A DNA stretch of 64,000 nucleotides from IMG/VR virus record IMGVR_UViG_3300028393_000019, positions 1-64,000 of that record, one strand, 5' to 3'. This document shows, in pieces, positions 11,301-23,100 of this stretch. Below the pieces are notes generated by a model, which saw only the letters and a program-made list of their open reading frames with translations, searched no databases and was not told the DNA's origin. A program made the position numbers and the translations under genes. The number at the start of each line of letters is the position of its first letter. The stretch's first letter is position 1.

Positions 11301-14300
11301 AGTAGTCTTGGAATCGCCTCAACTGTTGCAGGATTTTTTATAACAGGATTCCAATACACAATTATATCTGTTGGCACAACTGATTTTACTGCAATTGGTG
11401 CTAGTGCCAGTACTGTTGGTATAAGATTTACTGCAACAGGAGTTGGCACTGGTACTGGTACTGCAACCATAACTGCTAACGATATTATCATTACAGTGGC
11501 GTCTGTGATCTCAGGAGCCATAGCAACAGTGACCGTAGTTGGCTCAACAATATTTCCATTGACAACCGGCGTAGGCAGTGTTGCATTAGGCACTCATATG
11601 ACAGTTTATGCGGGTGACTGTGTGAAAGACATGTTCCGTCTTCGCAACGGTTCTGGTTTGCGCAACATGACTCTAACCGGGCTGTTAGGTACCTTATCAA
11701 ATCCAGATGCTTTTTATATACAACGACCTACAGGAGGAAGTTATGCTAGCTTAGATCCCGGGTCGGGCCCAACTGACACCACAGCGTGGATCTATCGACG
11801 TAGCCCATATGTTCAAAATATTTCATCATTTGGTAACGGCTGTACTGGTTTAAAGATTGACGGTAATCTACACAATGGCGGTAATAAATCAATTGTTTGT
11901 AATGATTTCACACACATTATTAGTGACGGTGTCGGACTTTGGTGTACTGGTCCAGGCGCATTAACAGAAGCAGTATCTATATTTTCATACTACGGATACT
12001 GTGGATATTTTGCAGAAAATGGTGGACGTATACGTGCTACCAACGGTAACACTAGTTATGGTACATACGGCGTTATTGCAGAAGGTTACGACCTCACAGA
12101 AACACCAGCGACCGGCATCGTTTATAATCAAAGTAGCCAAGTACAAGCCCAAGTACAAAGTGCGTTTGGCGCTCAAGCTCAATTGGTAAGATTGACTTTC
12201 TCCAATTCTGGATCGGCCTACAATACAACAACTACTAATTTATTAAATTTCAGCAATAATTTCCTAGGCGGCAGTTGGCTTAATGATTCAAACGTGTCAT
12301 TTAACAAGAATACTACAGCACCGACTGGTCTGACTGAGGCATGGGCTATTGCAGGAAATTCTGCCGGCCCTAACGGAAGTTATGTTTATCAGAATATCAG
12401 TGTGCCAGCGGCTGGCGCAGTTTATAGTAATTTAGGTGGTACAAATATTCTAGGTAGCGGTGGTACCGGCGCCAATAATCCAGCACTGTTCAACGTTACA
12501 GTTACCGCTACTGCATATGTTGTTACTGTATCAGACGGTGGCGCCGGGTATGTAAACGGTAACACATTATATATTGCTGGTAGTACACTAGGCGGTGTTG
12601 ATAATGTCAATGATTGTATCATTACAATAACCGGAGTAAGCGGTAATGTGGTTACAAGTGTATCAAGTGTTGGAACAGTTCCAATTAACAGTGCGTTGGG
12701 ATATACTCTAAGTGCTTATGTGAAAAAAGGCACATCGTCAATTGTTGATTTGTATGCAATATTTTCTGGATCAAGCACAGTGACCAGTAGTATCAGTTAC
12801 AATTTTGATACAGGAGTAGTAACAGCAGGAAATTCTGGTGGCGGATTATTGCCCGTAAACTATGGCGCTATCAATCAACAACTATCAGCAACTGATCCCA
12901 CAGCTGGATGGATAAGAATATGGTTTTCAGTATACGATACAACCGGCTTGAACACACAACTACAATATAGATTGTATCCTAGAGGCTATAATGGCTCCAT
13001 TGGGCAGTACACATTTGTTTATGCGTCCCAGACTGAGTTATCAAAATCTAATTTTACGCCGAGTTTTTACTTGGAAGTAACCAACACATCCAAGTTTACT
13101 GCCTATGCTAATTACAATATTACTGGTGCAGGTACCGGTGTTGTAACAATTGGAGATGAAATTCGTAGCGGTGCAGTGTTTCAATCACGTGTAGTTACAG
13201 ATAGTAATGGTATAACCGGCGGCGCTGGCTATCTTACTGCGTCTAATAATGCTCAAGCAGGTAATCCTCAGTATGTGCAATTATCGCAGGCAGATACGAA
13301 CACTAATGGTAACTATACCGGTATGCGAGTATTCATACAAGGCGGTACGGGCGCAGGCCAATACGGTTATATCTCATATTATAATAGCGGAACTAAAGTA
13401 GCTTGGTTACTAAAAGAATCTTTTTCAGCAGTACCTATAACTGCAACTGCCAGTAGCGGAAGTTTATTAACTACTACGTCAACGGCATCATTATATTTGA
13501 ATCAGCCAGTTCAATTTATTCCCACATACTATACAACTTCGGTTACTTCAACATCTCTAGCAACAACTACAGTTACGCAGGCATTTGGTGGAACAATTAA
13601 TACATTCACAGTTGCAAGCACTGTGGGATTGGTATTTAACCAAGCAGTGACTTTTAGTGGCACAACATTCAGTACAGTTAATCCAACGCAAACATATTAT
13701 ATTTTTGCAATTGTTGACAGCACAACGATACAAATTACTAATCAACCATTTGGCACAGTGTGGCAGTTAATCAGTGGTACTGGTACTATGACTATGAATT
13801 TTAGTTCTAATACAAGTTATCTGCAAGGCTCAACAACCAATATGGTTGTTAATTATCCGATACAGTTTACAGGAACAGCATTAGGTGGAATATCAGTTGG
13901 CACAGTTTACTATATTAACGAAATTGTTAGTTCTACTAGTTTTACTATTTCTTCTACACTTATTAGTTTGACAGTAACAGCATCAACAGCAGGTGTAGTT
14001 AACGGTGCAACCAATGCCTATTGGGGTTCAAATTATCCCAAACTCACTATGGCAGATACTTCATCATTGGTAGCATTGAATCCTGTGATATTTTCTTCTC
14101 CGATGATTGGCGGACTAACAGATTCACAAAAATATTACATTGCCAAAATTCTCAACAGCACAACAATTGCAATATCCACAACAATTATATCAGTAACTGT
14201 AACTAGATTTGAAGCAGGTACAAACTTGATTACTGTTTCCAGTACTACCGGATTTCAACAAGATCATCCAATTAGGTTTGTCGGAGCCGCCATAAATACC

Positions 14301-17084
14301 ATTTCTCCCGAGTCAACTTATTATATTTCAGCTATCAATAACGCTACAACGTTTACTATTACCACATTGCCAGGACAGGCAGTAGTTCAATGTACTGCTA
14401 CTACTACTGGCTATATGACTGCAACAACTTGTCCACAAGCAACTCAGGTTACTACAGCCACAGGCGGCACGATGACACTATCATCAACTTCTGCAAAGAC
14501 CTCATTGTCTCTAGGTATTGGCAGTATGAATGCCACGTTCTCAACTCAGCTATTCGGTGGTCCGCAAATAGGCCAGACATATTATATTCAATCAATTCCC
14601 GATTCATTACACTTCTCAGTAGCACTTAATACCGGAACAATTTCAGGAACCAGTACAAGTGCTAGCCCAATAAGTCTTGCTGACAAAACTGGATCAATGA
14701 GTATTGCCGCGGTGGGTTGGGACCATATCAATCCAGGTACACAGCCGGTCGTAGCACTAGATAGCTCGTCACAGTATTTTATTGAACCAAGAACAACCTT
14801 TACGCAACCTGCATTTACACAGTCAGTTGCAACTTCAGTAGTAGCACTATCTTTAGGGACCACATACGCCACTATGGCGCACGGCAACGGTTATTGGATA
14901 GCATTGGCCAGTTCCGGCACAGTGGCAGCTGGATCCAGTGACGGAACAACTTGGACTAGTATCACTTTACCAGGATCTAGTTTTGTTGGCATAGCATATG
15001 GCAACGGATACTGGGTGATAATTTCAAGTGGTGGTGTATCTAATAGCACATTTGCAATTTCAAAATCTAATGGAGCTGGCTGGCGAACTGTGACTTCTGC
15101 ACCAACAAACTCTTGGAGTAGTATTGCCTACGGCAACGGTACATTTAGTGTGATAGCATCAAATACAAACAATGCAATTTATAGTACTAACTATGGAATC
15201 TCATGGACCTCTGCAACACTGCCGTCATCCGCACCTTGGTCGTGTATGACTTACGGAGGGTCTGCACCTAACAATGTAACTGGTGGACGATTTGTTGCCC
15301 TAGCAAGCGGAGTAAGATACGCAGGCGTGGCCTCTCAAGTAGTGGTAGCTACTGGTACAAGTGCAACTTTTAATGTGGTTGTAAATCCTTCTGCATACAC
15401 TGTTACTGTGGCCAACGGCGGCAGCGGTTATACAGTGGGTGACACTGTGAAAGTTCTTGGAACCAGCGTGGGCGGCACAACCCCAGCCAATGATATTCTT
15501 ATCACAATTAGTGGAGTGAATCCTACCAGTAGCAATGCCGTTGGTTCAGTTACATTTACAGGCACTCCTGTAACTACAACAGCCACCATTGCCGCATACA
15601 GCGCGACTGGAGCCACATGGATCAGCGTTACATTACCTGCTAGCGGTGCTTGGAGTTCAGTCGCATATGGAAACGGTCTGTTTGTAGCAGTTGCTACCGG
15701 CACGGGTGCAACTCCTGTATATTCGCAAGACGGCGTAGTGTGGTATGCGGCAAACAATATTATTTCTGCAGATAAAATCAGTTACGGACAAGGAGTATTT
15801 GTTACAGTATCTGCATCAAGTACAACAGCATACACAAGCGAAAATGGATTTGACTGGAAATCTCGAACAGTTTCAAATGATGGCTACAGTGCAATGGCAT
15901 TTGGATTCGTTGGAGCATCTGGCGCCACCCAATATAATGGAGTATTCTCTACTCTAGCAGGAAGAAACACAGGAAGTGTTATCAGTGCAGGCTGTCAAAC
16001 CAAGGCTCGAGCCAGTATTGCATCAAATATAATTACAAGTCTTAACTTGTTTGAACCTGGTTCTGGATATAGCGTGGCACCATCTGTATCTTTTGTGGAC
16101 CCTAATGTGACCACACTAGCCAGCATCAGTCCACGCATAGCCAACGGAGTGTTAAGTAGTCCAACCTTTGCCAATAGAGGAACTGGATACAATACTAATT
16201 CTACTTCAGTAATTGTAACAGGTAACGGATATGCAGATCAGTATCAAACAGGTTTACAGATAATTTTGAATAATCTAACAAGACTGCCTAGCCCAGGTGA
16301 TAACTTGACTATTACCGGAGTCAGCCAAATTTTCAAAGTCACTAGTGCATACAGTGTGTTTAATACCGTTGCTCCTAACTTAGAAGCTAACGTAAGCGTA
16401 AGTCCAAGTATTAGCACAGCTAACGCCACTGCCAACGGAACAACTGTAAGTATACGTAGCAAATATAGTCAGGCACGATTGACTGGACACGATTTTTTAA
16501 ATATTGGCTACGGAGATTTTATCAACAGTAACTATCCTGGCTTTCCAGTGGGCGCCTATGCGGCTGCCCAAAATAACCAATCAGTTGAAGCCAACTATGG
16601 GCGTGTGTTCTTTACGTCAACTGACCAAGACGGTAACTTCAAAGTTGGTAACTTGTTTGGAGTACAACAAGCCACTGGTATTGTTACCCTAAGTGCAAGT
16701 CAATTTGGATTGAGCGGATTGAGCAGTCTGAGCTTAGGCGGTATTGCAGTAGGCGGATCAAGTGTTGTTGTCAACCAGTTCAGCACTGACAGTACGTTTA
16801 CGGCTAATAGTGATAATGTAATCCCTACACAGAAAGCAATCAAGAAGTATCTAACAGATCGACTATCAGCAGGCGGATCAAACACATTTACAGGACAGCT
16901 GACAGCAGGTACTGTTGTAGTTGGCGGTCCAAACTTTATTAGGTCAACTATACCTGCAGGAGTGATAGGATCGAATGTAAGGTTCTCAGCCTTAGCAAAT
17001 TTTACAGGTCCTAATGCCGCAGTTGACGGTAATTTGCCGGCACTGAGTTTCTTTGCTAGAACTGCATTTGCACGATCACAATAA
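8307..17084 (+). CDS. giant multidomain tail fibre/adhesin (CBM5/12-like repeats, pectin-lyase-like beta-helix, beta-propeller repeats)
   Basis: 2925 aa; N-terminal W-x5-Y-x3-D-VV-x-YGG-x2-Y-x-C-x3-HTS repeats; 'DMFRLRNGSGLRNMTL...SPYVQN...KIDG' beta-helix; 'WSSIAYGNG.F' propeller blades. Confidence 0.75.
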   Translation: MAAEFKIGRLRFSWKGVWTPATIYARDDVVSYQGKAYVCLLPNTSDATSFYNDLYYVTQTGASTPYWNMIVDGKTFVTANGGAWQTGQAYSLGNIVSFGGVIYYANTKHTSTAFASQASYWTQYSEFNAWRSVGWLPNNVYGKNDVVKYGGIVYKCIANHTSSASNTLGLEANQSAWTIIDSGVEYKGTWSSNVRYKTNDIVKYGPDLWSAINGHTSVVANTLSTVATTGTAGQFSYTGGTLIIGQAVTVSGQLASTATGSISGYAGATTTYYVSATDGASTFTLSNTYANAIANTGQLTTVQGTLTGLTVSINGFDQAKWTTWMPGFEYVGSWNVGTVYQTGDTVSYGGYTYYSKTANNIGNTPSVDATDWGVLTQGFNFRGEWGSATNYRIGDVIRRNGMFFDAIADNTAQDPSSYSVSKTYSTTGSSGTVLKLNSVSGITIGMNVIGNGFSAGQTVINIDNTATTITVSAVNDTALTDGQSLSLVGTNYINWKIVIPGRYWTKTWTVGTTYIVGDLAVWQNGTYVCVQTHTSQLSPQNNRPDADTTNIYWIFYIPHARKNAMNTIGDTEYYSNATSSYTALPIGTNQYTLKAVASTGVTGTVTTAPAWNKINQVNAVYYVSTKTGIDRADYGTTWDQPWKTIAYACNFVGAGTINQNATALITANKTWLTTEMYYWMLSQKAASTNGFTPSSVFDQTKTIRDAGYIIDAIVYDMSRGGNSQTVAATLAYFAFGSSTTFINAASLAELPYFLSGLLQLGTFIQTALTNNVVGNGAIYQTANSITPVVYQKTTSAGPELGATALASSLLSIVTTALTNQSTALVPPSNSGITASIFVKTGSYFETLPIVVPANVAIIGDELRGVTVSPAIILTLQCTATTSGSNLVTVNSTSQFVDQTALQFVNPSITSVIGTNPYYGFGGITPGTTYYVVGATITATQFKITALSGTYYSVSGTNITATGTGATFNVTPVQDGTYSVSVAYGGTNYVAGSTIRILGSSLGIASTVAGFFITGFQYTIISVGTTDFTAIGASASTVGIRFTATGVGTGTGTATITANDIIITVASVISGAIATVTVVGSTIFPLTTGVGSVALGTHMTVYAGDCVKDMFRLRNGSGLRNMTLTGLLGTLSNPDAFYIQRPTGGSYASLDPGSGPTDTTAWIYRRSPYVQNISSFGNGCTGLKIDGNLHNGGNKSIVCNDFTHIISDGVGLWCTGPGALTEAVSIFSYYGYCGYFAENGGRIRATNGNTSYGTYGVIAEGYDLTETPATGIVYNQSSQVQAQVQSAFGAQAQLVRLTFSNSGSAYNTTTTNLLNFSNNFLGGSWLNDSNVSFNKNTTAPTGLTEAWAIAGNSAGPNGSYVYQNISVPAAGAVYSNLGGTNILGSGGTGANNPALFNVTVTATAYVVTVSDGGAGYVNGNTLYIAGSTLGGVDNVNDCIITITGVSGNVVTSVSSVGTVPINSALGYTLSAYVKKGTSSIVDLYAIFSGSSTVTSSISYNFDTGVVTAGNSGGGLLPVNYGAINQQLSATDPTAGWIRIWFSVYDTTGLNTQLQYRLYPRGYNGSIGQYTFVYASQTELSKSNFTPSFYLEVTNTSKFTAYANYNITGAGTGVVTIGDEIRSGAVFQSRVVTDSNGITGGAGYLTASNNAQAGNPQYVQLSQADTNTNGNYTGMRVFIQGGTGAGQYGYISYYNSGTKVAWLLKESFSAVPITATASSGSLLTTTSTASLYLNQPVQFIPTYYTTSVTSTSLATTTVTQAFGGTINTFTVASTVGLVFNQAVTFSGTTFSTVNPTQTYYIFAIVDSTTIQITNQPFGTVWQLISGTGTMTMNFSSNTSYLQGSTTNMVVNYPIQFTGTALGGISVGTVYYINEIVSSTSFTISSTLISLTVTASTAGVVNGATNAYWGSNYPKLTMADTSSLVALNPVIFSSPMIGGLTDSQKYYIAKILNSTTIAISTTIISVTVTRFEAGTNLITVSSTTGFQQDHPIRFVGAAINTISPESTYYISAINNATTFTITTLPGQAVVQCTATTTGYMTATTCPQATQVTTATGGTMTLSSTSAKTSLSLGIGSMNATFSTQLFGGPQIGQTYYIQSIPDSLHFSVALNTGTISGTSTSASPISLADKTGSMSIAAVGWDHINPGTQPVVALDSSSQYFIEPRTTFTQPAFTQSVATSVVALSLGTTYATMAHGNGYWIALASSGTVAAGSSDGTTWTSITLPGSSFVGIAYGNGYWVIISSGGVSNSTFAISKSNGAGWRTVTSAPTNSWSSIAYGNGTFSVIASNTNNAIYSTNYGISWTSATLPSSAPWSCMTYGGSAPNNVTGGRFVALASGVRYAGVASQVVVATGTSATFNVVVNPSAYTVTVANGGSGYTVGDTVKVLGTSVGGTTPANDILITISGVNPTSSNAVGSVTFTGTPVTTTATIAAYSATGATWISVTLPASGAWSSVAYGNGLFVAVATGTGATPVYSQDGVVWYAANNIISADKISYGQGVFVTVSASSTTAYTSENGFDWKSRTVSNDGYSAMAFGFVGASGATQYNGVFSTLAGRNTGSVISAGCQTKARASIASNIITSLNLFEPGSGYSVAPSVSFVDPNVTTLASISPRIANGVLSSPTFANRGTGYNTNSTSVIVTGNGYADQYQTGLQIILNNLTRLPSPGDNLTITGVSQIFKVTSAYSVFNTVAPNLEANVSVSPSISTANATANGTTVSIRSKYSQARLTGHDFLNIGYGDFINSNYPGFPVGAYAAAQNNQSVEANYGRVFFTSTDQDGNFKVGNLFGVQQATGIVTLSASQFGLSGLSSLSLGGIAVGGSSVVVNQFSTDSTFTANSDNVIPTQKAIKKYLTDRLSAGGSNTFTGQLTAGTVVVGGPNFIRSTIPAGVIGSNVRFSALANFTGPNAAVDGNLPALSFFARTAFARSQ

Positions 17085-17103
17085 CCTATAAATTAATTTA
17101 AGA

Positions 17104-17109
17104 TAAATA
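17104..17109 (+). promoter_or_regulatory. late promoter core (ATAAATA)
   Basis: GATAAATAG upstream of SD GAGGA and the 3701-aa gene. Confidence 0.55.
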
Positions 17110-17129
17110 GACTAGAGGAATAAAATAAA

Positions 17130-20100
17130 ATGGCAGAATTTAAACTAGGTAGAATTAAGTTTGTGTACCAAGGTCCTTGGGCACAAAACAACGCATATGT
17201 AGTTGACGACGTGGTTACTGTAAGCGGTAAAACGTATATTTGCGTAGTTAGTCATACTTCTACAAACTCAGCAACAGGGTTTGCTACAGATTTAGCTTAC
17301 AATCCTACCAACTGGAATTTGATTGCCGACGGAGCAAAATGGATCGGAGCATGGTCAAATGGAACATACTATAATGTTAGCGACCAAGTATCATACGGCG
17401 GCGTAGTTTATCAATGCTTAACCTCGCATACTAGCACAGCATCAACAGCTACAATAACTGCGACAGGATTTACAGTTTTTGCAGGAACAGCAACCTTGAC
17501 TTATGCCAGCCAAGTAGTTCAACCATTCCTTGTCGGATCAACTGTTACTCTTTCAGGATTCAGCCCAAGTACTACTAGCACTCCTAGTACAGTTAACTCA
17601 ACATTTACAGTTGCAAGTTGTACAACAACACAAATTACATTTGCAATAACTGGCACATATACTGTATCAATCTTGGGTACAGTGTCTGGTACAAGTCAGC
17701 TAGGACTCGAGCAAGACCAAAGCAAGTGGGTAGCCTTTGCCAGTAACTTTAATTGGTCTCAGGGCTGGTCTACCAACTATCGATATAAAGTTCGTGACCT
17801 AGTCACCAACGGTGGCTATACATACGTTTGTAATACTGCTCACGTCAGTGCCAACACAGTTGCCCTAGGCCTAGAAGCAGATCTTTCTAAATGGGACACA
17901 TTCAATGCAGGAATTATATATCGCCAAACATGGAGCGGTAGCAGTGTAACATATCGCCTAAATGATGTTGTTACCTATGGCGCCGATCTATGGATTTGTA
18001 CAACTGCACATACGTCAACGGGAACTGTATTAGATGTAACTAAATTTAGTATTTTTGTTAACGGTTTTGAATTTTCAAACAGTTGGAATTCAACGACAAA
18101 CTATGTTATAGGTGACATGGTCACGTATGGCGGCTACACTTACACTGCTATACAAAACGGAAACGGACAAACTCCTAGTACTGCTACAGGGTATTGGCAA
18201 CCATTTACCACTGGATTTAATTTCCGTGGTGATTGGTCTGGATCAAACAGTTACAGAATTGGTGATGTTGCCCGTGTTAGTGGATATACATATGTGGCGG
18301 CACTTGATAACACTGTACAACTTGTTCAAGCTATTGCTACAACAGTTTCTAGTGACGGTACTCGCCCTAATCAAATCACTATAGCCGCAGGTATTACTAT
18401 TACTGGTGCCAGTGTTACATCAACTACTGCTACACTAACTTATGCTTCACAATCACAAATTCCGTTTGTTGCAGGACAAACTATTGTAGTTGCCGGTGTG
18501 ACTAATACCGCTTACAACGGTACATTTATTGTAACAGGAACACCAAGTGTAACACAGGTGCAATATACACTGACTGGAAGTCCGGCAAGTAGTTCAGGCG
18601 GAACAGTTTCAGCAACAACTGCAAACTTGATTGTGGGATTACCAATTACATTTGGAACAGCATTGGGTAATTTGTTGACCACTGGCCAATATTATGTAAA
18701 TACGATCCCAGACAGTTCGCATTTTACTGTAACTGCAACACAGTTTAGTGGAACAGCTTTTGCGTTAGTATCTGCTACAGGTACAAGTGCAGGCACTACC
18801 AATCCTAAACCACCATTTACCACATATTGGAGTCAGTTGAATTCGGGATTCAAATGGAATCCGACAAACAATTCTTATTCAGCGGTAGCCGGTACCAATA
18901 TTATTGGATCTGGAACTAGTGCGACTTGGAACGTAACTGCAAAGAATACAATTTACACTGTGACACTTAATGCAGGCGGCAGTGGATATGCCAACAGTGA
19001 TACCATAAAGATCTTAGGTACAAGTTTAGGCGGATTAAGTCCTGCCAATGACTTAACAATCACAGTTACTGGAACAAGTAGTGGAGTGATTACAGTATTT
19101 TCATCAACTGGTATTTCAGTCAGCTGGAGTACTAGTGTAACCTACGTAGCTGGAGATACTGTGCTGTGGGGCGTTAGCAGTTATACTTGTGTACTGGCAC
19201 ATGTCAGTGCAACCGGCAATCGCCCAGATAACGATGTAACTGGCACATACTGGAATTTATTGGCCAGCGGTGCTGAGTCAAGTGTATTGACCACACAAGG
19301 TGACACATTTTATTACGGTGCTAATGGACCAACTCGGTTGCCAATTGGTACAGACGGGCAAATCCTGCGTGTAAACAATACTACACCAGCATGGCAATAT
19401 TACGGACAGATCAACAACATTGTTTACGTCAGTCCAGCTGGTGTAGATACATTGGCCAACGGTCAAGGAACTACAATTGACAAGCCGTGGGCCACAATCA
19501 GATATGCATGTTATCAAATTGAAAACGGATATCTAAACCCCAATGCCAGTTTATTACTTGCAGTTAACAAGCAATTCTTATTGAAAGAAGTCAGCAATTA
19601 TGTTACCTACACATATCAAGCCAGTGTAACTGGTACTTCTGGAGGAGCATTCCTTACAGCCAATACAGCAGGCTTAAATGTGGGTATGCCAGTCACATTT
19701 ACTGCCCAAACAGGTAGTTTGACACTAACAGCGGCTGCTATTCCCAGTACTACTGTTTATTACATCAAAGCTATTGTAGCAAATACCAGCTTCACAGTTG
19801 CCAGTACTTATGGCGGAACAGCATTGACTGCTGCCGGTACTGGCACTGCTGTAGCAAAATATTACACATCACTGCCAACAGAAATTGAAAGAGATGCAGG
19901 ATTTACAATTGATGGATTTGTATTTGATCTAAGCCACGGCGGTACGTACAATACAAATCTTAATACGCTGTTGTTCTTTAACACTGCGGGTTCTGATTAC
20001 ATCAACAATTTTGTAAAATATGAAATTACACAGTTTATTGGAGCACAGACTTATCTACTGAGCCTGATAGGTAAGATACTAGCCAACTCGGCACCTGCCA

Positions 20101-23100
20101 ACAACTATCAAGCGTTGAACGGAATCAGTTCTGGTTCTAGAGCAATTCAAAATACAACAAGTGTTGCTACTTCAAGTGTGGAATCTGTTGCAATATCAAC
20201 AATCACATCATTGAGCACTATTCTAACCAATGCTATGGCATTAGGAAATACCAGTCAATTGCCGGCAGTAGTGACACCAGCTACCACAATCAGCGTAAAA
20301 ACTGGCACTTATAATGAAGTGTTACCTATTGTTGTACCATCATACACCGCCATAGTTGGTGACGAACTTCGTAGCACTATCGTTCAACCAGCGGCAGCTA
20401 ATCTTAATTTAGCGACTGACAAACCTAAATCAGTAGCATCTCTTGCACGTATTCAAGCAATATTGCCAACACTATTGGCTAACTCTACTGTAACTGCTAC
20501 TACCGGCAATACACAAACGCAGATTACCACATTGCCAGCAGGCGATACAGGTAGTCAATCGGCAGTGAATTCTGTGATGACTGGCATTGCCACAGTGCAA
20601 GACATGATTAATAACGGCTATCAAGCGACTCCTCCGTTCAGCTTTACAAACCCAACAGGATATAACACAAGTTTCTTAGCAGGCTTTGGTGATGGCGCAA
20701 CTCAAATCAAGAATAACTATACATTCATTAAGTATGAAGTGGCTAACTTTTTAAGCACAAATTACTCCACCCAATGGACTGCATTTGGCGCATCCTTACA
20801 AGCAGAAACATTGCGTGACGTTGGATTTATATTGGACGGCCTACAGTATGACATGACTTATGGTTGTAATAATCAAAGTCTTATTAATGGTAGCGCATAC
20901 TACTCATTAAATATTCTTCAAATTAGAGCTTCTTATTTGCCATCAACCGTGGCTTCTTTACAGCGTGTAGCAGGTATTATCAGTCAGATCGTAACAGCTA
21001 CAAGCGTTACTGCAACATCACAAACTGCTCCTTATACAGCAACACAATCAACTAGTGGTACAGCAGGATCAGCTGCCGCGGCAGCCTTTGCGGCGGCTCG
21101 TGTGCAGGACGTAATCTACTGGATAAACAACGGATTTGCCAATACAAGTACTTCAGCAGTAACTGGTAGTATTGCTACAACTGCTGGCGGAACACTAACC
21201 GTATCAGCAGTTACCAATGGAACACTAGTACCAGGAATGCTACTTACCGGTACTGGTGTAAGTACGCCAACATACATTGTAAATCAATCAACTGGTGTAA
21301 CTGCAATTGCCAGTCCAACTTTATCAAGCGGTGGCACAACTGGTACAAACACATTTGTTGTCAGTAGTGCAACTGGTATACTAGCTGGACAACTGGTAAC
21401 AGGTACCAATGTCCCAGCAGGCTCATATGTTATTTCAACTTATACTGCTGGCACAACTATCACTCTAGTTAACTACTGGGGATATCCAAGCAATTTTATT
21501 GCAACAGGCAGCGGAACATACAACTTCTACACAGCAGGCGGAACTGGCACATACTTGGTAAGTGTAAGCCAAACAGTATCAAGCACAACTATCACCGGAA
21601 ACTCAACTATTACTCCGATTACTAGCGGTGCGTATGCATTGGCTTCTACTGCACTACAAACAGCTTATACTATTGCCACTGCTAGAAATAGTGAAATTGC
21701 CAGTGATGCGCAAGTATGGGTACAAAAGTTCTATCAAGCATATTCTATTAGCACAACATTAACCAACAGAGATGCTGGTTTAGTTTCTGCAGGACTAGCA
21801 TGGGACTTATTGTTGCAGTCAAACTTTAATAGTATTGCTATTGGCCGTGCTTACAATAGATTGAACACTAGCGCATTAGCATTATTAGCAAATTCAAACA
21901 ACGAATTAGTAGCTACATTAGGTGCACTAAACTTTGTTGGTTATAAGATGAAACAGATTGTATCTAGTGGTTCTGTAATTAGAGCACAGACTACAATCGA
22001 CGACATGATCCAGTCAATTTATGGAACTGTATCGACAACATTGTCAGTAGCTACGACAAGTACAAACGTATTAACTGTAGGAACTACTACAAACGTGTTG
22101 CCAGGTATGCAAATTTCGTTTACAGGGTTACCAGCAAACATTACAACTACGGCAACATCTACAACAACAAGCACAAACGTAATTAACCTAGCTGCCACAG
22201 CGGCAAGTTTAGGTATTGTTGCTGGCCAGCAAATTTACTTTACAGGTGCAGTTGTTGGTAATTTAGTACCTAATCAGATGTATTATGTAATTAACCCGAG
22301 TGCTAGTACTATTCAAGTTAGTAACACATTTGGTGGAGCTGCCGTATCATTGAATAATGCTACTCCTGCCGCAACTATGAACGTGATAGTAAATAATGCA
22401 GGCGGATTATGGAACAACTACATTTATTATGTAAACACAGTTATTAGCGGAACTACACTAACTATCACTTCGGCTTATAAGAGTGGTACAGCCCTTGTGA
22501 TTAATAATACAGTCAGCGGTATGTCCGCAGTAGTGACTATTAATGCAAGTAGTCAAATTGCTGGAGCAACTCCTGGTGCAGAACGCAACGGAACATTAAC
22601 TTACGATAATACGCAAACCACTGTTCAAGGTTCAGAAATTCTACGTGCTAACATTAATTTCCTAGCAAATGAAGCTAGCGCCTACACAGCCGCAAACTTC
22701 AGCGGTACAGTAACTACTACCGCAACAGATGGTACTATTACAACTTCCGCGGCCCACAATTTAAAAGCAGGTGATCCTGTAAACTTTACAGCAACAACTG
22801 TTGTAACAACAGTTACTGGTACAAATACCAACGGCAATATCACAGTTAATAGTTCAACCGGGATGGTTGTCAACATGCCAGTTTCTTTCACAGGATCAGT
22901 ATTTGGTGGTTTGAGCATAGCAACAACATATTACATTAGAAGTATAAGCGGTACAACTGTTACATTGAGCACAGCATATCCAGCCAGTACCAGTCTATAT
23001 ACTCCAACAAGCACAACCACTGGTAGTGCAACAATGACAGTGGGTGGATTGTTTGGTGGCCTGACTGCAACCAACAGCAATACTGGATTAACACAACTTT

